Position numbers and translations under genes: made by a program
The notes under the pieces: model-generated
The model's database searches: none
What the model was told of the DNA's origin: nothing
What the model saw: the letters and a program-made list of their open reading frames with translations, nothing else
Source of the DNA: Octopus sinensis
Taxonomy: Eukaryota
DNA length: 64,000 bases
Reading direction: 5' to 3'
Assembly (NCBI RefSeq): GCF_006345805.1
Contig: NC_042997.1
Span: 98,332,001-98,396,000, forward strand
Shown: positions 1 to 12,095 of the stretch, piece by piece
Layout of the letters: every line of letters starts with the position of its first letter
Position numbering within the stretch: position 1 is the stretch's first letter

Positions 1-395
1 TTACTTGTTTCAGTCATTTTGACTGCGGCCATGCTAGAGCACCGCCTTTAGTCGAGCAAATCGACTCCGGGACTTATTCTTTGTAAGCCCAGTACTTATT
101 CTATCGTTCTCTTTTGCCGAACCGCTAAGTGACGGGGGCGTAAACACACCAGCATCGGTTGTCAAGCAATGCTAGGGGGACAAACACAGACACACAAACA
201 TACACACACATACATATATATATACATATATACGACAGGCTTCTTTTAGTTTCCGTCTACTAAATACACTCACAAGGCATTGGTCGGCCCGAGGCTATAG
301 CAGAAGACACTTGCCCAAGATGCCACGCAGTGGGACTGAACCCGGAACCATGAGGCTGGTTAGCAAGCTACTTACCACACAGCCACTCTTGCGTC
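1..395 (-). mobile_element. tRNA-derived SINE, family A (CORE-like body)
   Basis: Matches the copy at 39006-39390, whose head has an A box (TGGCTGTGTGG) and a B box (GGTTCAGTCCC) followed by CTTGGGCAAGTGTCTT; at least 7 copies in the window. Confidence 0.85.
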
Positions 396-399
396 TAAT

Positions 400-800
400 A
401 TTAGTAACAATTGTATCTAGGAATCGTAGCACCTGTGAGGTTAAAGGTAATTGTAAAATGATAAATGCATATAAAGCTGCTATTGCAACACATGATCTTT
501 CTAGGTTTCATTTTCTAGGTTGCACGCAAACTCCTCTAAAATTACGTTTGAATAATCATAAATCATTTCTAATTATCCTCGGAAAGAAAGTAGTATTGTT
601 TATCCAAAAAGGTACGGAAACTTAAAAGAGACAACATAAATTTCTCAATTTCTTGGAATATCGTTTCTTCTGACACTTATAGGATTAAAAATAGAACGTG
701 TCTTTTATGCCTTGAAGAGTCTTATAAAATTATGAAAGATGAACGGTTCTGTCGTAAATTCGAGAGATGAAAGTGTTTTATCTTGTAAAACATATGTCTT
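400..800 (+). pseudogene. Decayed PLE GIY-YIG endonuclease remnant
   Basis: TCEVKGNCKMINAYKAAI...FLGCTQTPLKLRLNNHKSF resembles the endonuclease of the PLE at 59740-60150. Confidence 0.6.
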
Positions 801-904
801 AGCTTCTTTTCATTAACATTAAGTAGGCTTATTGATTACCTTTTATATTTTCTTATTATACTCTTAGGTTTATGTGTATGAATATATTCTCTGTGTGTAG
901 AGGT

Positions 905-941
905 ATGTATGTATATATATATAATATATATATATATATAT

Positions 942-981
<40 letters not shown>

Positions 982-1164
982 TATAATATATATATATAAG
1001 TATACATACTCATGCATACACATACAAAAACACACACACATATATATACATACACATACATATAAAATCATGAGTACAAGTGCTTAAACATACCCCACCC
1101 ATATATATATATATATATATACATATATATGTATGTATATGTATATATATATATATATATATTA

Positions 1165-1210
<46 letters not shown>
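905..1210. repeat. (TA)n/(CA)n microsatellites
   Basis: Direct inspection. Confidence 0.95.
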
Positions 1211-1213
<3 letters not shown>

Positions 1214-2078
1214 AATTAAGGACTGAACACGAAAAGTGGACCGTCAACATGCTAGATATAGACGTCAAATCGCCATTCTCCACAAAAAGTCTATGTTCTC
1301 AGATCAAACTCAACACCAAACCAAAACAATAAACAAGTGAAAAATATACGAAATAAATATTTACCCATGTACTGATCTGAGAACATAGACTTTTTGTGGA
1401 GAATGGCGATTTGACGTCTATATCTAGCATGTTGACGGTCCACTTTTCGTGTTCAGTCCTTAATTGGTATATATAAATATTTTAATCTTCGGATTCTTTC
1501 TTTAATATGCTAGACCCCTGGTTCTAATTGATAAATATCAATTTTTACCCTTAATTTAATTTTATATAAATATTTGTTCTCTAACCGATAAATTAACTGC
1601 TGCTAACTATTAGCTGCAGGCTAGTTTTCTCGGGTCTCATCGCGCCAAAATAAAGACATTTGAAATATATATTTCAAATGTAATAGGCCGTACTCCATGC
1701 ACGCGTTATTTCGGTATCGTGTTGGCATTTAGTACAGCAAATTACATTTTATATGGGACCATGCTGATGATGGCTGCACTTTTCCTTGCGGAAAATAACA
1801 GCCGAAACTAAATTTAGTACATGGGTAAATATTTATTTCGTATATTTTTCACTTGTTTATTGTTTTGGTTTGGTGTTGAGTTTGATCTGAGAACATAGAC
1901 TTTTTGTGGAGAATGGCGATTTGACGTCTATATCTAGCATGTTGACGGTCCACTTTTCGTGTTCAGTCCTTAATTGGTATATATAAATATTTTAATCTTC
2001 GGATTCTTTCTTTAATATGCTAGACCACTGGTTCTAATTGATAAATATCAATTTTTACCCTTAATTTAATTTTATATA

Positions 2079-2080
<2 letters not shown>
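1211..2080 (+). mobile_element. Non-coding HHR-bearing retrozyme-like (non-autonomous PLE) element, 510 bp unit
   Basis: Direct repeats 1373-1570 and 1883-2080; inverted arm 1211-1372 equals the reverse complement of 1817-1978; internal HHR; (TA)n on both sides. Confidence 0.85.
1759..1824 (+). ncRNA. Type I hammerhead ribozyme
   Basis: ccatg-CTGATGA-t-ggctg...cagcc-GAAA-ctaaatttag-TA-catgg; all three stems pair; predicted cleavage after GTA at 1819. Confidence 0.9.
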
Positions 2081-2121
<41 letters not shown>

Positions 2122-2130
2122 ATATAATTA

Positions 2131-2602
2131 ATGATATACGATAAAATGTTTTTTGGGAAAAAATTTTATCTATCGCCAGCATATCAAAAAATGCCTTTAA
2201 AGGTAAAATTTATACATAATTTACAAGATAAGGGCAGAAGAAAAATTCTAATGCCAAATATGCCGAAACAAAAAATTGTCGATAACCATTATAATTTATG
2301 CGTCTCGAAACAAACCGATAGAAATCTCGAAAAAATTCGTTATTACCGTATTGGTCCAATTTCGGGGTTAATTCATAAGAAATTTTCCCCTCTTCAGCGG
2401 CAAATACGCGAGATATAAATTAAATACTTACTCATACCCATGGAAAAAGCAAGCACTAAGTCCTGAGCAGACTTAAGTACCCCAACGAATTTTTTAGAGA
2501 TTTCTATCGGTTTGTTTCGAGACGCATAAATTATAATGGTTATCGACAATTTTTTGTTTCGGCAAATTTGGCATTAGAATTTTTCTTCTGCCCTTATCTT
2601 GT

Positions 2603-2609
<7 letters not shown>
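2131..2609 (-). mobile_element. Truncated HHR-bearing PLE-type non-coding element with inverted arm
   Basis: 2216-2341 is inverted at 2484-2609; the HHR lies between the arms; (TA)n flanks. Confidence 0.75.
2343..2403 (-). ncRNA. Type I hammerhead ribozyme
   Basis: Minus strand: ttgccg-CTGAAGA-gggg...cccc-GAAA-ttggaccaa-TA-cggtaa. Confidence 0.9.
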
Positions 2610-2681
<72 letters not shown>

Positions 2682-3100
2682 CACATATATGGATGTGTGT
2701 ATTTCCCTTGTTTACAATTAACACAGTTACCAGGGCAAACAAATCACACAAGTTATAAGAACGTAGCACCCTGTTTGTAAAGGTAGATTTTCTTCTTAAA
2801 TTTCACTTCCACTAGACATAACTTTTTCCAAGCCTTTAAGCTTTTATATTACTTCACATATCCCTCTATATTTCTCATTTATTAGTTTTCTGATTATTTC
2901 TTTCCTTTACCCCTTCTCTTTCTATAGGCTATCTTTGACGTTATATCCTCACACATTTTTTTAAAATAAAAACTTAATAGCGTTCCGTTCATCGTTATGC
3001 ACATCCATAACAGTCTGTTAAAATATCTTATTGTAGAGTTTGGTTTCTTTCTTTCTTTCTCCGATGAGAAGTATACATTGTTGTATATATATATATATAT

Positions 3101-3150
<50 letters not shown>

Positions 3151-4160
3151 AATGTATGTGCGTATATATATTGTTTGGATACACGCATATATGTGTGTAT
3201 ATCTGTGTATATATATGTGTATATTTCTGTAAGTTTTTATATGTTTTTTCTTTGGTGTATTTGCATGCATATATGTGTCTTTTTTGCTTGTGTGGATGCG
3301 TATTTGTATGTATATATATATATATATATATATACGTCTTATATGAAAACGTAGTCTTATTGTACTTTTTGCATCTTCCCTTACACTTGCTCCCTTGTAT
3401 GTGTATGTGTGAGTCTATGCACCCTTTGTGCGTGTGCATGTGTGCGTTGCGTATGTGTTTATGTATGTATATATGTATGACTGTATATCATTATGTGTTA
3501 AGTGCACACGTTTTTCTATCACTTGTAAATTTACAATAATTTTCTCCTTCATATATTCGTTTTTGTTCCTATTTTTTCCTGATGGTCTCCCGTACTCCGG
3601 GCTAGTTTTTGAGTAAGGTAACTCTCTTGAATACACCAACCGGTCCTGTCAGTGATCGATGCTTTTTCTTTGTTAAGTTCTCTTTGGTTTTTCTCTGCTT
3701 GTATGTACATTTTTTGTTTAAATATTGTACCTTTTTCAAACTTAACTTTGCCTGTCACCTTTAGCCTCTTGTAATATATATACTTTTACGTCTTTCAATA
3801 TTGATATATATACGTATAATTCTCTATGCCGTTTTTCTGCTAGTGTACTTGTTGTGTTATATTCTAGAATACACACGTGGCCTTGTTTACATTACACTTC
3901 GTCTCGACCTGTTACATTTTCTTTTAACATATCCATCAGAAATTTATGTTATAGTTTACTGCATATATAGACTGGCATACACATTGATATGTCTGGCTTT
4001 TTCCTCTTTCGTCTCTCTCACTATTATTATTACTATTATTTTTTCCCTTTTACAAGTTTGTAAATTTCCGATTTTTCCCTATTACCCCATCTGTATTCTC
4101 CCTTATTGTATCTCATTTTATTTTATTAAACCTTTTTTGATGTCTTTCGAAAAATTCCTC

Positions 4161-4258
4161 AGACTGATGAGAATGACAAAGCATAAATTTAATTATAATT
4201 ACTACGATTATAATTTTATGTTACATATTTGTATTATCTTTTGAAACCTGCGTATGTA
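4161..4258 (+). ncRNA. Decayed hammerhead-like motif
   Basis: CTGATGA (4164-4170), long AT-rich hairpin, GAAAcctgcGTA (4243-4254); stems I and II imperfect. Confidence 0.5.
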
Positions 4259-6333
4259 TTGAATCCAATTTTGTATTAAATCTATTTTGATTCAACATCC
4301 TTTTCTCCTTCATTTTTTAATACTTGTTTTTGGTATGTTTATACCTATAGCGATATTTTTCAACTATTATTTTCATATTCTTGTTACATGCTCTGGCTGT
4401 TTTTTATGAATATGATGAATCTTTATTAGAAATAATTTTTTCTCTCTTTTTGGCAGACACCCTTCGATGTTGCTCGGGATTTAAATGGAACAGTATGTAT
4501 AAATGGTACAGTTAATTTGAAAGATATGGTATGAGTAGTGCTGAACTGACGACAAAATTTGTGGAGTAAATGAAGTGCTAATTCGACTAAGTGAGAGGCC
4601 CTAACCTTGTAATAAAAAAGTGATTGGACGGTAGGTGATTTTTGAATGCACCAAAAGCTGTCAGTGGATATACTCTCATTTGCGGCTGTCGGTGCTGCAG
4701 CTACATCGCTGAACAATCTTTGTGATAAATTAACTACATCTATGTGATAAATCAAGTCTGTTGGCACACTCACAGCACCACATGGGAGAAATCTACATGA
4801 AAGAAATGACGTGCTAAGATTGGCAAGAAAGCGCTTCAAAACAACACTGTCATGCGATATTTCGGACTATTGCTATTTCGGTATCAATAGTCGTAGCTCA
4901 ACTGTGCCCTCTTCTGCGTAAACAGCGTGCGACCAATGTGAGAACAATTCAGCTCCTAAACGATAACGATTCTGAATGCAGCATCGGGCTACGCAAGGTC
5001 AAATTAAGGACACGGTCCCTAATAAACGTAGTTGGGTCACGTGACGTTTGGATGCTGACGTAGCTGGGAATCAATAGTCGTGGTTCAACCGTGCATTCCT
5101 AACATGGTTAGGTCTTAGATGCCTTTATTGACTCTTCTCAAACTTATTGACACAAAGTCATTTATGATATATGCACATATTTGATAGTTTTCAGTGTTTA
5201 AAGAAACAGAATATAGATGAAAGTAACTATACAGAGAAATGCTGATAGAATGTTACAAGAAAATGTAAAGTTTTTCAAGAATAGCATTTCACCGTATGGA
5301 TTATTGATCGGTGTTCATAGCATGACATTCTATTGAATTTTACTAGCTGTTCAAGGCTCATTACAGATAATACTACAAGAGATATCAACAATAGACGTAA
5401 TGATACAGGCGCTGTCAGAGTCGCAAATAATGGAATTGATTTGGAACATGTGTGAACCGTGTAAAAATAATTTCACTTGAATAGAATATCCGTGGTCGTA
5501 TTTATCATTATCCCTGCAATGATATGAATATTAACATCAGATTTTACTAAATAAAAAGTGTCGTAAAAATATAAATCGATTTTATACTCGAAAACTCATT
5601 TTATTCCTAAATTATTTGAATAAACATGAAAACTGAATGCAAAGAATATTGCAAAGAATTTTTCTCGACACTTTGGTTATATAGTTCCATATGAAGGTAA
5701 TCGAAGTAATATTCTCATGTTATTTACTACATGCGTAAAATTCAATCGATTTTTTTTGTTATCTAATCAGAAAGTAATTTATGTAATATACCGAAAATTT
5801 CCTGTTCTGAAATAAAAAGGTAAATACAAAATATTTCCATGATAAGATGAAGATTCTTATTTCTTATTCACAAGAATGTTGCTATTGATATACATGTTGC
5901 TATTGATATACATATTTGCAAGTGTAAGTCTCTTGGGATTAACTTCGGTTTGTAGATATTGATTTTGTCTTTTGCTTCCGATTACATGATAAATCAGTAC
6001 TCCAATACTTTTGTAACGGTAGCTAGATAGTTCAATGGTATTCCTTGCAAGAAAAATCGTAGAGTAACCTCCCTTTTCTAAAATTCTCGAAGCATCTGTG
6101 TCAGGAGGCATGATTCTTAATTATTCAAGAAGCTTAACGTTTCATTTGGAAGTTTTTAGAATATCTCGCGTTCTATTAATAAAAACAGCTTGCTAACCCA
6201 GCTTTCGCGTCTTAGTCGATTAGATTTAGGGCAATTCAAGTCATTGTTATGTCCATCTATTTCTCTACGCCACATGACTGAAAACCACCACTTATCGGTA
6301 AATTCTACGTTTTCTATCTCTGAACGTTCTTGC

Positions 6334-6490
6334 ATAGATAGACAGGTAGATAGGGAAATAGATAGACAGACAGACACATAGATTGATGGACAGACAGAAA
6401 AACAGAAAACTAGAAAGAAAGAAAGATAGTTAGACGGACGGACGGACAGACAGGCAGACGGACAAATAGATAGATAGACAGATAGATAGA
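6334..6490. repeat. (GATA)/(GACA)/(GACG) microsatellite
   Basis: Direct inspection. Confidence 0.9.
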
Positions 6491-6499
6491 AAAATATGT

Positions 6500-8520
6500 T
6501 TCTTTATTAGCCACACAGGGCTGCACAAAGACGGTACAAATTACAAAGTAGAGCTTTTCTTTTTGGGGGAGAAAAAAAAGGTGGGTTATGTTTTCGATCA
6601 AAAGGAATCGTAAAAGGGAAAGAAGGAAAAGAAAGGGGGAAAAAGGGAAAAAACGATCAATAGGGATCATGTATCACAGTGCCATGGTGTAAAGTGTAAA
6701 GGGGGAAGCAGATAAGGTTTATCCGTGAGAAGAAAAGCCTACGGAAAAGACCATGGTAACATCGGTCAATGATGTTACATGTTACCACATTTGTTTGCAA
6801 GTAAGTAACCCTCTGTTTTAAATTTTCCGGGATCATAGGATTATGCTAAAGGTGGCTTCGTCATTCATACATACCATCCTTGCTACATTCACCCATCTTT
6901 TTTTGAAACATTCGCTAGACAAAACTTGCCTTTCTACTCTCATTTTCCTTTTCAAGTTAATGAGAGATTGACCAGAGAGGAAAATGTTTGTCTCCAATCC
7001 TTTCAGACGCGTTCATTAGATACATTCTTTCGCCATAGCCACAAGGATGATGAAAATAGCTCTTCCTTCCCGTTTGAAGGAAGGAGGCGTGACAATATTG
7101 ACGATAGACTCGGCTGATAAACCGACTCGTCTCACACGTGACAGCAGTCGTTCGATATAAGCCCACAGGTCGGAAATTGTTGGAAACTGCACGAGTGCGT
7201 GCAGAACGGTTTCGTCGCTCTGACCACATCTCGGCCGCGTGTTTCTCGAGTTGTGTCTGTAGAGCTTATCCCGAACGGGTTGCGCTTCTCGGTAGCACTG
7301 CCAGGCCAGGGATCTCTGGAAGTTGTCCATGGGCCCTGGCTCGAAGGTCGTCCTGAACAGGCGGATCACGTGTTCCTCGTCGACGTCCAGGTTCGCCCCG
7401 AGCTCGTCGTCGTACTTCCCCTCCACTAATCCCCTATAGAATGCTTTGGTTGTGTTGAAGTCACTCAAGGACGACCCGGGACAGCATAGTTGCTTGAGAG
7501 CAACGCGACATTTGCGGTGCTATTCGCCCATCCACGGCCTCTTTTTGATCCACGGCTGCAGTTCGGTCATAGAGACGAGTTGCGGGAAAGCGTGCCTCAC
7601 AAACGGCGACAAACCTGTTCACCGTCATCTACGTAGAGCCTTAGATGTCGCAGTTTCAGCGCGTGTCTGCGCATCATCAACCACGGAATGCCCAGTCCTC
7701 CTTTCAACGGGTATTGACAGCAAATGTATCGCCTGACCATCGGGACGCACCCTTTCCACAAGAAGCGAAAGAGAATGCGTTCTAGTTTGGTAATGGTAGG
7801 GTCGGGACAAGGCACGACGGTCAGGTGGTAGTAGATGACGGACGCGATATACGAGTTCGCCACCTCCGCCCGACCTTTTAGGGATAGTTTCCTCTCGGCC
7901 CCTTGCTTCTCCAGGTGCCGAGTCGCAAGCCCACTGATTTTTCCCGGTTGATTTTTCGCTCCTATCACGCTTCGTAGTCTTTCAGTGTCTCGCCGACCAG
8001 GTCGATGTGCTCCTGGCTATACACTATGACGGTGACGTCGTCCGCGTATGCATACACGCTCGTCCCTCTTCCCAATTCTCGCGGGATGCCTCTCAGAGTT
8101 GCCAGCTTCCGCAATAATAGCTTGTGAGTAAATACGTAGAGAAGCGACGAGAGGGGGAATCCCTGACGGACCGAACGTGCAACGTCGAAAGGTCTCGATA
8201 GATGTCCATTTACGCGAATTACCGAGCGGATACCTCTGTTCAGAGCGGCTATCCAGCCGCGGAAGAGGGACCGAAACCAGCCGGTCTGAGGACAGCCTCC
8301 AAGTATCGATGGTCTACCCTATCGAAAGCTTTCGATTGATCCAAATTGATCAGCGCCCCAACCATGCCAGGTTCCTTAACTACCTTGTCTATGATGTAGC
8401 GCATAAGGTGGAGGTTGGCATGGATGCTCCGTCCCGGCACGGTGCACGTTTGTGCCTTGTCGGCCAGTTTCTCGATGACAAGCGCCAACCTCTTGGCTAA
8501 CACCTTGGCCAAAATTTTCA
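6500..8520 (-). mobile_element. 5'-truncated, frameshifted L1/Tx1-clade LINE (RT, C-terminus and 3' UTR)
   Basis: ADLKILAKVLAKRL, NLDQSKAFDRVDH, a VRQG.PLS motif, AYADDV near 8035-8052, GGLGIP, CPRC-like..ETVLHA zinc motif. Confidence 0.85.
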
Positions 8521-8840
8521 AGTCTGCATTAAAACCACCATTGCACCCTAAAAAGTTGATGGTCACTGTATGGTGGTCAACAAAGGAGGTTATTCATTAT
8601 TCAGTTTTGCAACAAGGGAAAACTGTAACAGCAACATCCTATTGTCAAGAAATTGATTGTATCTATGAAAAATGAAAAAGAGAAGCATTCCAGATTAATG
8701 AATACAGATGATCCAATTTTGCCTCATGATAATGCACGGCCTCACACTTCTCAAGATACGGTCCACAAGTTGCAAAGCCTGAATTATGAAATTTTGGCAC
8801 ATCCTCCTTATTCTCCTGATATCTCTCCTACTGATTACTG
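8521..8840 (+). mobile_element. Mariner transposase fragment
   Basis: KPPLHPKKLMVTVWWS, HDNARPH, HPPYSPDISPTDY. Confidence 0.85.
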
Positions 8841-9229
8841 AATGGACTGGGGCAACGAGAAATAAACTGTTTTGCTCAAGTTCATAACGCGTCACCTGGT
8901 CCAGGTAACGAAACATTAATATTTCGATCATGAGTGCTCTACATTAACCACGAATTCATGCGCTTATACGCATTTCACGTTGCTCCAGTCCACTCCAATT
9001 GTAAAAATGAGTACTGCCTGAATTCCAAAGGGTCAGGCTTGTCACACTTTGTGTTAAAGCAAGCTGAATCTCTCTGAGAACTACATTAAGAGTACACATG
9101 TCTGTGGACTTCTCAGCCACTTGCACGTTAATTTCTCGCGTAGGCTTTCATATTTGATCGCATCAACTGAAACACTCGTCGTCGTAACCTACAGATTACC
9201 AGAGTGGCTGTAAGTATGTATATATGTAT

Positions 9230-10112
9230 GTCAAAAAGTCCCAATGCTAGTTCTGTAGCGCGCCAACAGATAGCAGCACACGTTTGAATCCATAGTGAGA
9301 GCTAGCAGTGACATTCATGACGTAGTATGTCGAGTAACATCGCTGTATTACTTAGCAAGTTGTGAAATTTGTGTTTTTGTGATAATGTGTATGCTGTAGT
9401 ATGCGATTTTGTCATGAACAGGAACGAAGTCTCAAGGTGAAAACTTGTATTAAACTTAGGAGGTCTGCTACAGAGATAAGCTTACAGCAACGAGGCAATG
9501 GGTCGTATGTAATGTTTCGTGTGGCACAGGCGCTTCAAACGCTGAAGAACGTCTCTGGAAGACGATGAGCGTTCTGGAAGAGATTCCGGAAAAGTAGTAT
9601 TGTATATCGAGAGTTCGTTATGCAGGGCCAGACCGTCAATCGAGAGGTTTACTGTAAAGTTTTGAAGCATTTGTGGAAGGCCGTACTACAAAAGCGACTA
9701 GATCTATGATGTGCGAAGAAATGGGTTCTTCGCGACGACAATGCACTCCGTCACCGAGGTCTTCTCACGCATTAGTTTCTCCCCCAAAACAGGATGCTAT
9801 CCCTTTCGAACCCGCCCTATTCACCAGATTTAGCACCAGTGGACTTCCATGTCTTGCCCAAGAAGAAAAAGCAGCTCAAAGGTTGCCATTTTAACACCGT
9901 TGTTGAGATCAAGAGCGAATCGCAGATGGTGCTCGACTCGCTTACGGAAAAAGATTCCAGGCCGGATTTCAAAGGTGGCAGGAAAGCTGGGGTCGGTGTA
10001 TTATTGCTGCGCAAAGTGACTATTTCTAAGAAAATGATTTTAAAACTTAGGTAAATAAGTTATTTTTTATTAAACAGAACTAGTCCGGGAACTTTTTTGA
10101 TACCACCTCGTA
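9230..10112 (+). mobile_element. Decayed mariner element
   Basis: PPYSPDLAPVDF motif; imperfect TIRs (tcaaaaagtccc..ctagttctgt / acagaactagtccgggaacttttttga) ending in ctcgTA. Confidence 0.8.
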
Positions 10113-11165
10113 TGTTGTGTAGTGCTACTGGTAACCTGCATTCAAGTACAACTGACGTATGGTCGGGTCGTCAGCGAGTAACCCAGCAACAAATTCTTTA
10201 TAACAAAGTGGATGATTTTCCTTGGACACTCTGCCGGACGAAAAACAAGGAATTTTAAAGGGCAGATGAACTTAGCCAAGGGTTATAAAATATCTGGATG
10301 TGGAACCCTGGTCTTTGTTTAGACATCTATCAAGAAAGAGATCTCCGATGTAACGTTTGCAACTTCGTTTGTATCCAATGATGTAGACCAGTCCCATTTG
10401 GGCAAATTCATGCTTTGTTTACAGAGTGCAATTGGGCCTACGCGAAGTCTTTCTTCACGTTAAAATCATCAAACAGGCCTCTCTTGGTTTTAACATTTCT
10501 ATTTACTTCCCTGCTATGTATTGCATATTATGGCTCGTTATAGCCAAGAAATGTAAGACACTCACTGAAGGTTTCCACGATGAAATAAAGGCATTTGTCT
10601 GGGCGTTTACGAAAAATGCCCAACCTCGACACATTTTCGTAGGCCGGCAAAAGCACATCCATTGTGCTCATGCGTAACAGAGCAATAAAACAATGTCAAT
10701 CTCGAAATCGAGTTACAATCATCATATATGTATGTAGTACGACTATTAAAAACGTACAAGAAAATTATATGCGATTCATAGGTGTACTACGAAAAAAAGA
10801 ACATGAGTATAAATGACATATCATATACATCTTCTATAACAAGAAAATTTTAGCTATCGTGTTTTATTAGAGTAACATCTTGTAGATATTTTAATATGTC
10901 CGAAATCTTACGAGGAATGATCAATAAGTATCCGGACTGCTGTCCTAGTAGCGACGCTAAAGCCAACAGAGTAAACCTTCTTGGCACTGCTTGACCTAGA
11001 ACTCTGCTGCACATGCGCACTAAGTTTTAAACAGCTAATGGTAGATCCATTTTAATACTTGATAATCCTTCAGTCCAAAACCTGACTACGCCCACATAAT
11101 AACGAATACTTCTTTGGCTGTTCATATATATTATATATGTATATATATATATATATATGTATATG

Positions 11166-11734
11166 TTTTATATATAGAGGGCATTATACATACATGCCAG
11201 AAGGCATTATACATACATGCCACACGCTAAGAGGGACAATTAGTCATTTCTACCAAAAATATTACTAATCCCACCGAATGCAATTTTTCAAAGTAAGACA
11301 TTTAAAAAATATAGACCTGTATCACAGTGATTTCATACTTACGTACTCATCAGCAGGCCTGAATGTATTATAAATAAACAACGACCCTGCCTCGCTTAAG
11401 CCGATCAGCTAACTGATCAACATCAACGAAGCACATGGGTGAGTTTACATATATTACATCCGGATAAATGGCAAACTTTTACGAATTGCATTTCGGGAGA
11501 GGAAAAGTTTTTTTCGGAATAAAAATTTAGCAATTAAAGACAACTACTTAATAAGGAAAACTTAACAAGAAATTGTCAGGTAGATAGCGTGAAACCCTCA
11601 TAAGAGAAAAAATTTCGAAAATAATTATTTCTTATTGAACATATTAATTGTATGTATAATGTATGTATAATGCCTTCTGGCATGTATGTATAATGCCCTC
11701 TATATATAAATTAATATGTTCAATAAGAAATAAT
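11166..11734 (-). mobile_element. Non-coding HHR-bearing retrozyme-like element, about 480 bp unit
   Basis: Internal HHR; the inverted segment 11659-11734 joins the unit end (11624-11649) to the unit start (11169-11218); (TA)n at left. Confidence 0.8.
11313..11360 (-). ncRNA. Type I hammerhead ribozyme
   Basis: Minus strand: aggcctg-CTGATGA-gtac-gtaa-gtat-GAAA-tcactgtga-TA-caggtct. Confidence 0.92.
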
Positions 11735-11926
11735 GAATTTGTAGCGAGAGCCTAGTCTTGCGCAAGAATGATCAGGCTTTCGGTGGTACGCTTGAAATCA
11801 CATCGCTCAAGCCATGCCCACAATGCTGTATTATCCTTAACGTCCTGTGTATTCCTTACAAACTGTCCTTGCATTCTCATTTCAAGGTCTTCTTTTGTCT
11901 GCTCCTCAGCTCTTTGGTTTTAATAT

Positions 11927-12005
11927 TCTTCTTCTTCTTCTTCTTCTTCTCCTTCTTCTTCTTCTTCTTCTTCTTCTTCTTCTTCTTCTTCTTCTTCTTC
12001 TTCTT

Positions 12006-12092
<87 letters not shown>
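11927..12092. repeat. (CTT)n followed by (TTA)n
   Basis: Direct inspection. Confidence 0.95.

Positions 12093-12095
<3 letters not shown>

Noticed and set aside
8249-8675. RT-transposase fusion ORF
   Set aside because: A Tx1/L1 fragment abuts a mariner fragment on the opposite strand at about 8520; this is a chance junction
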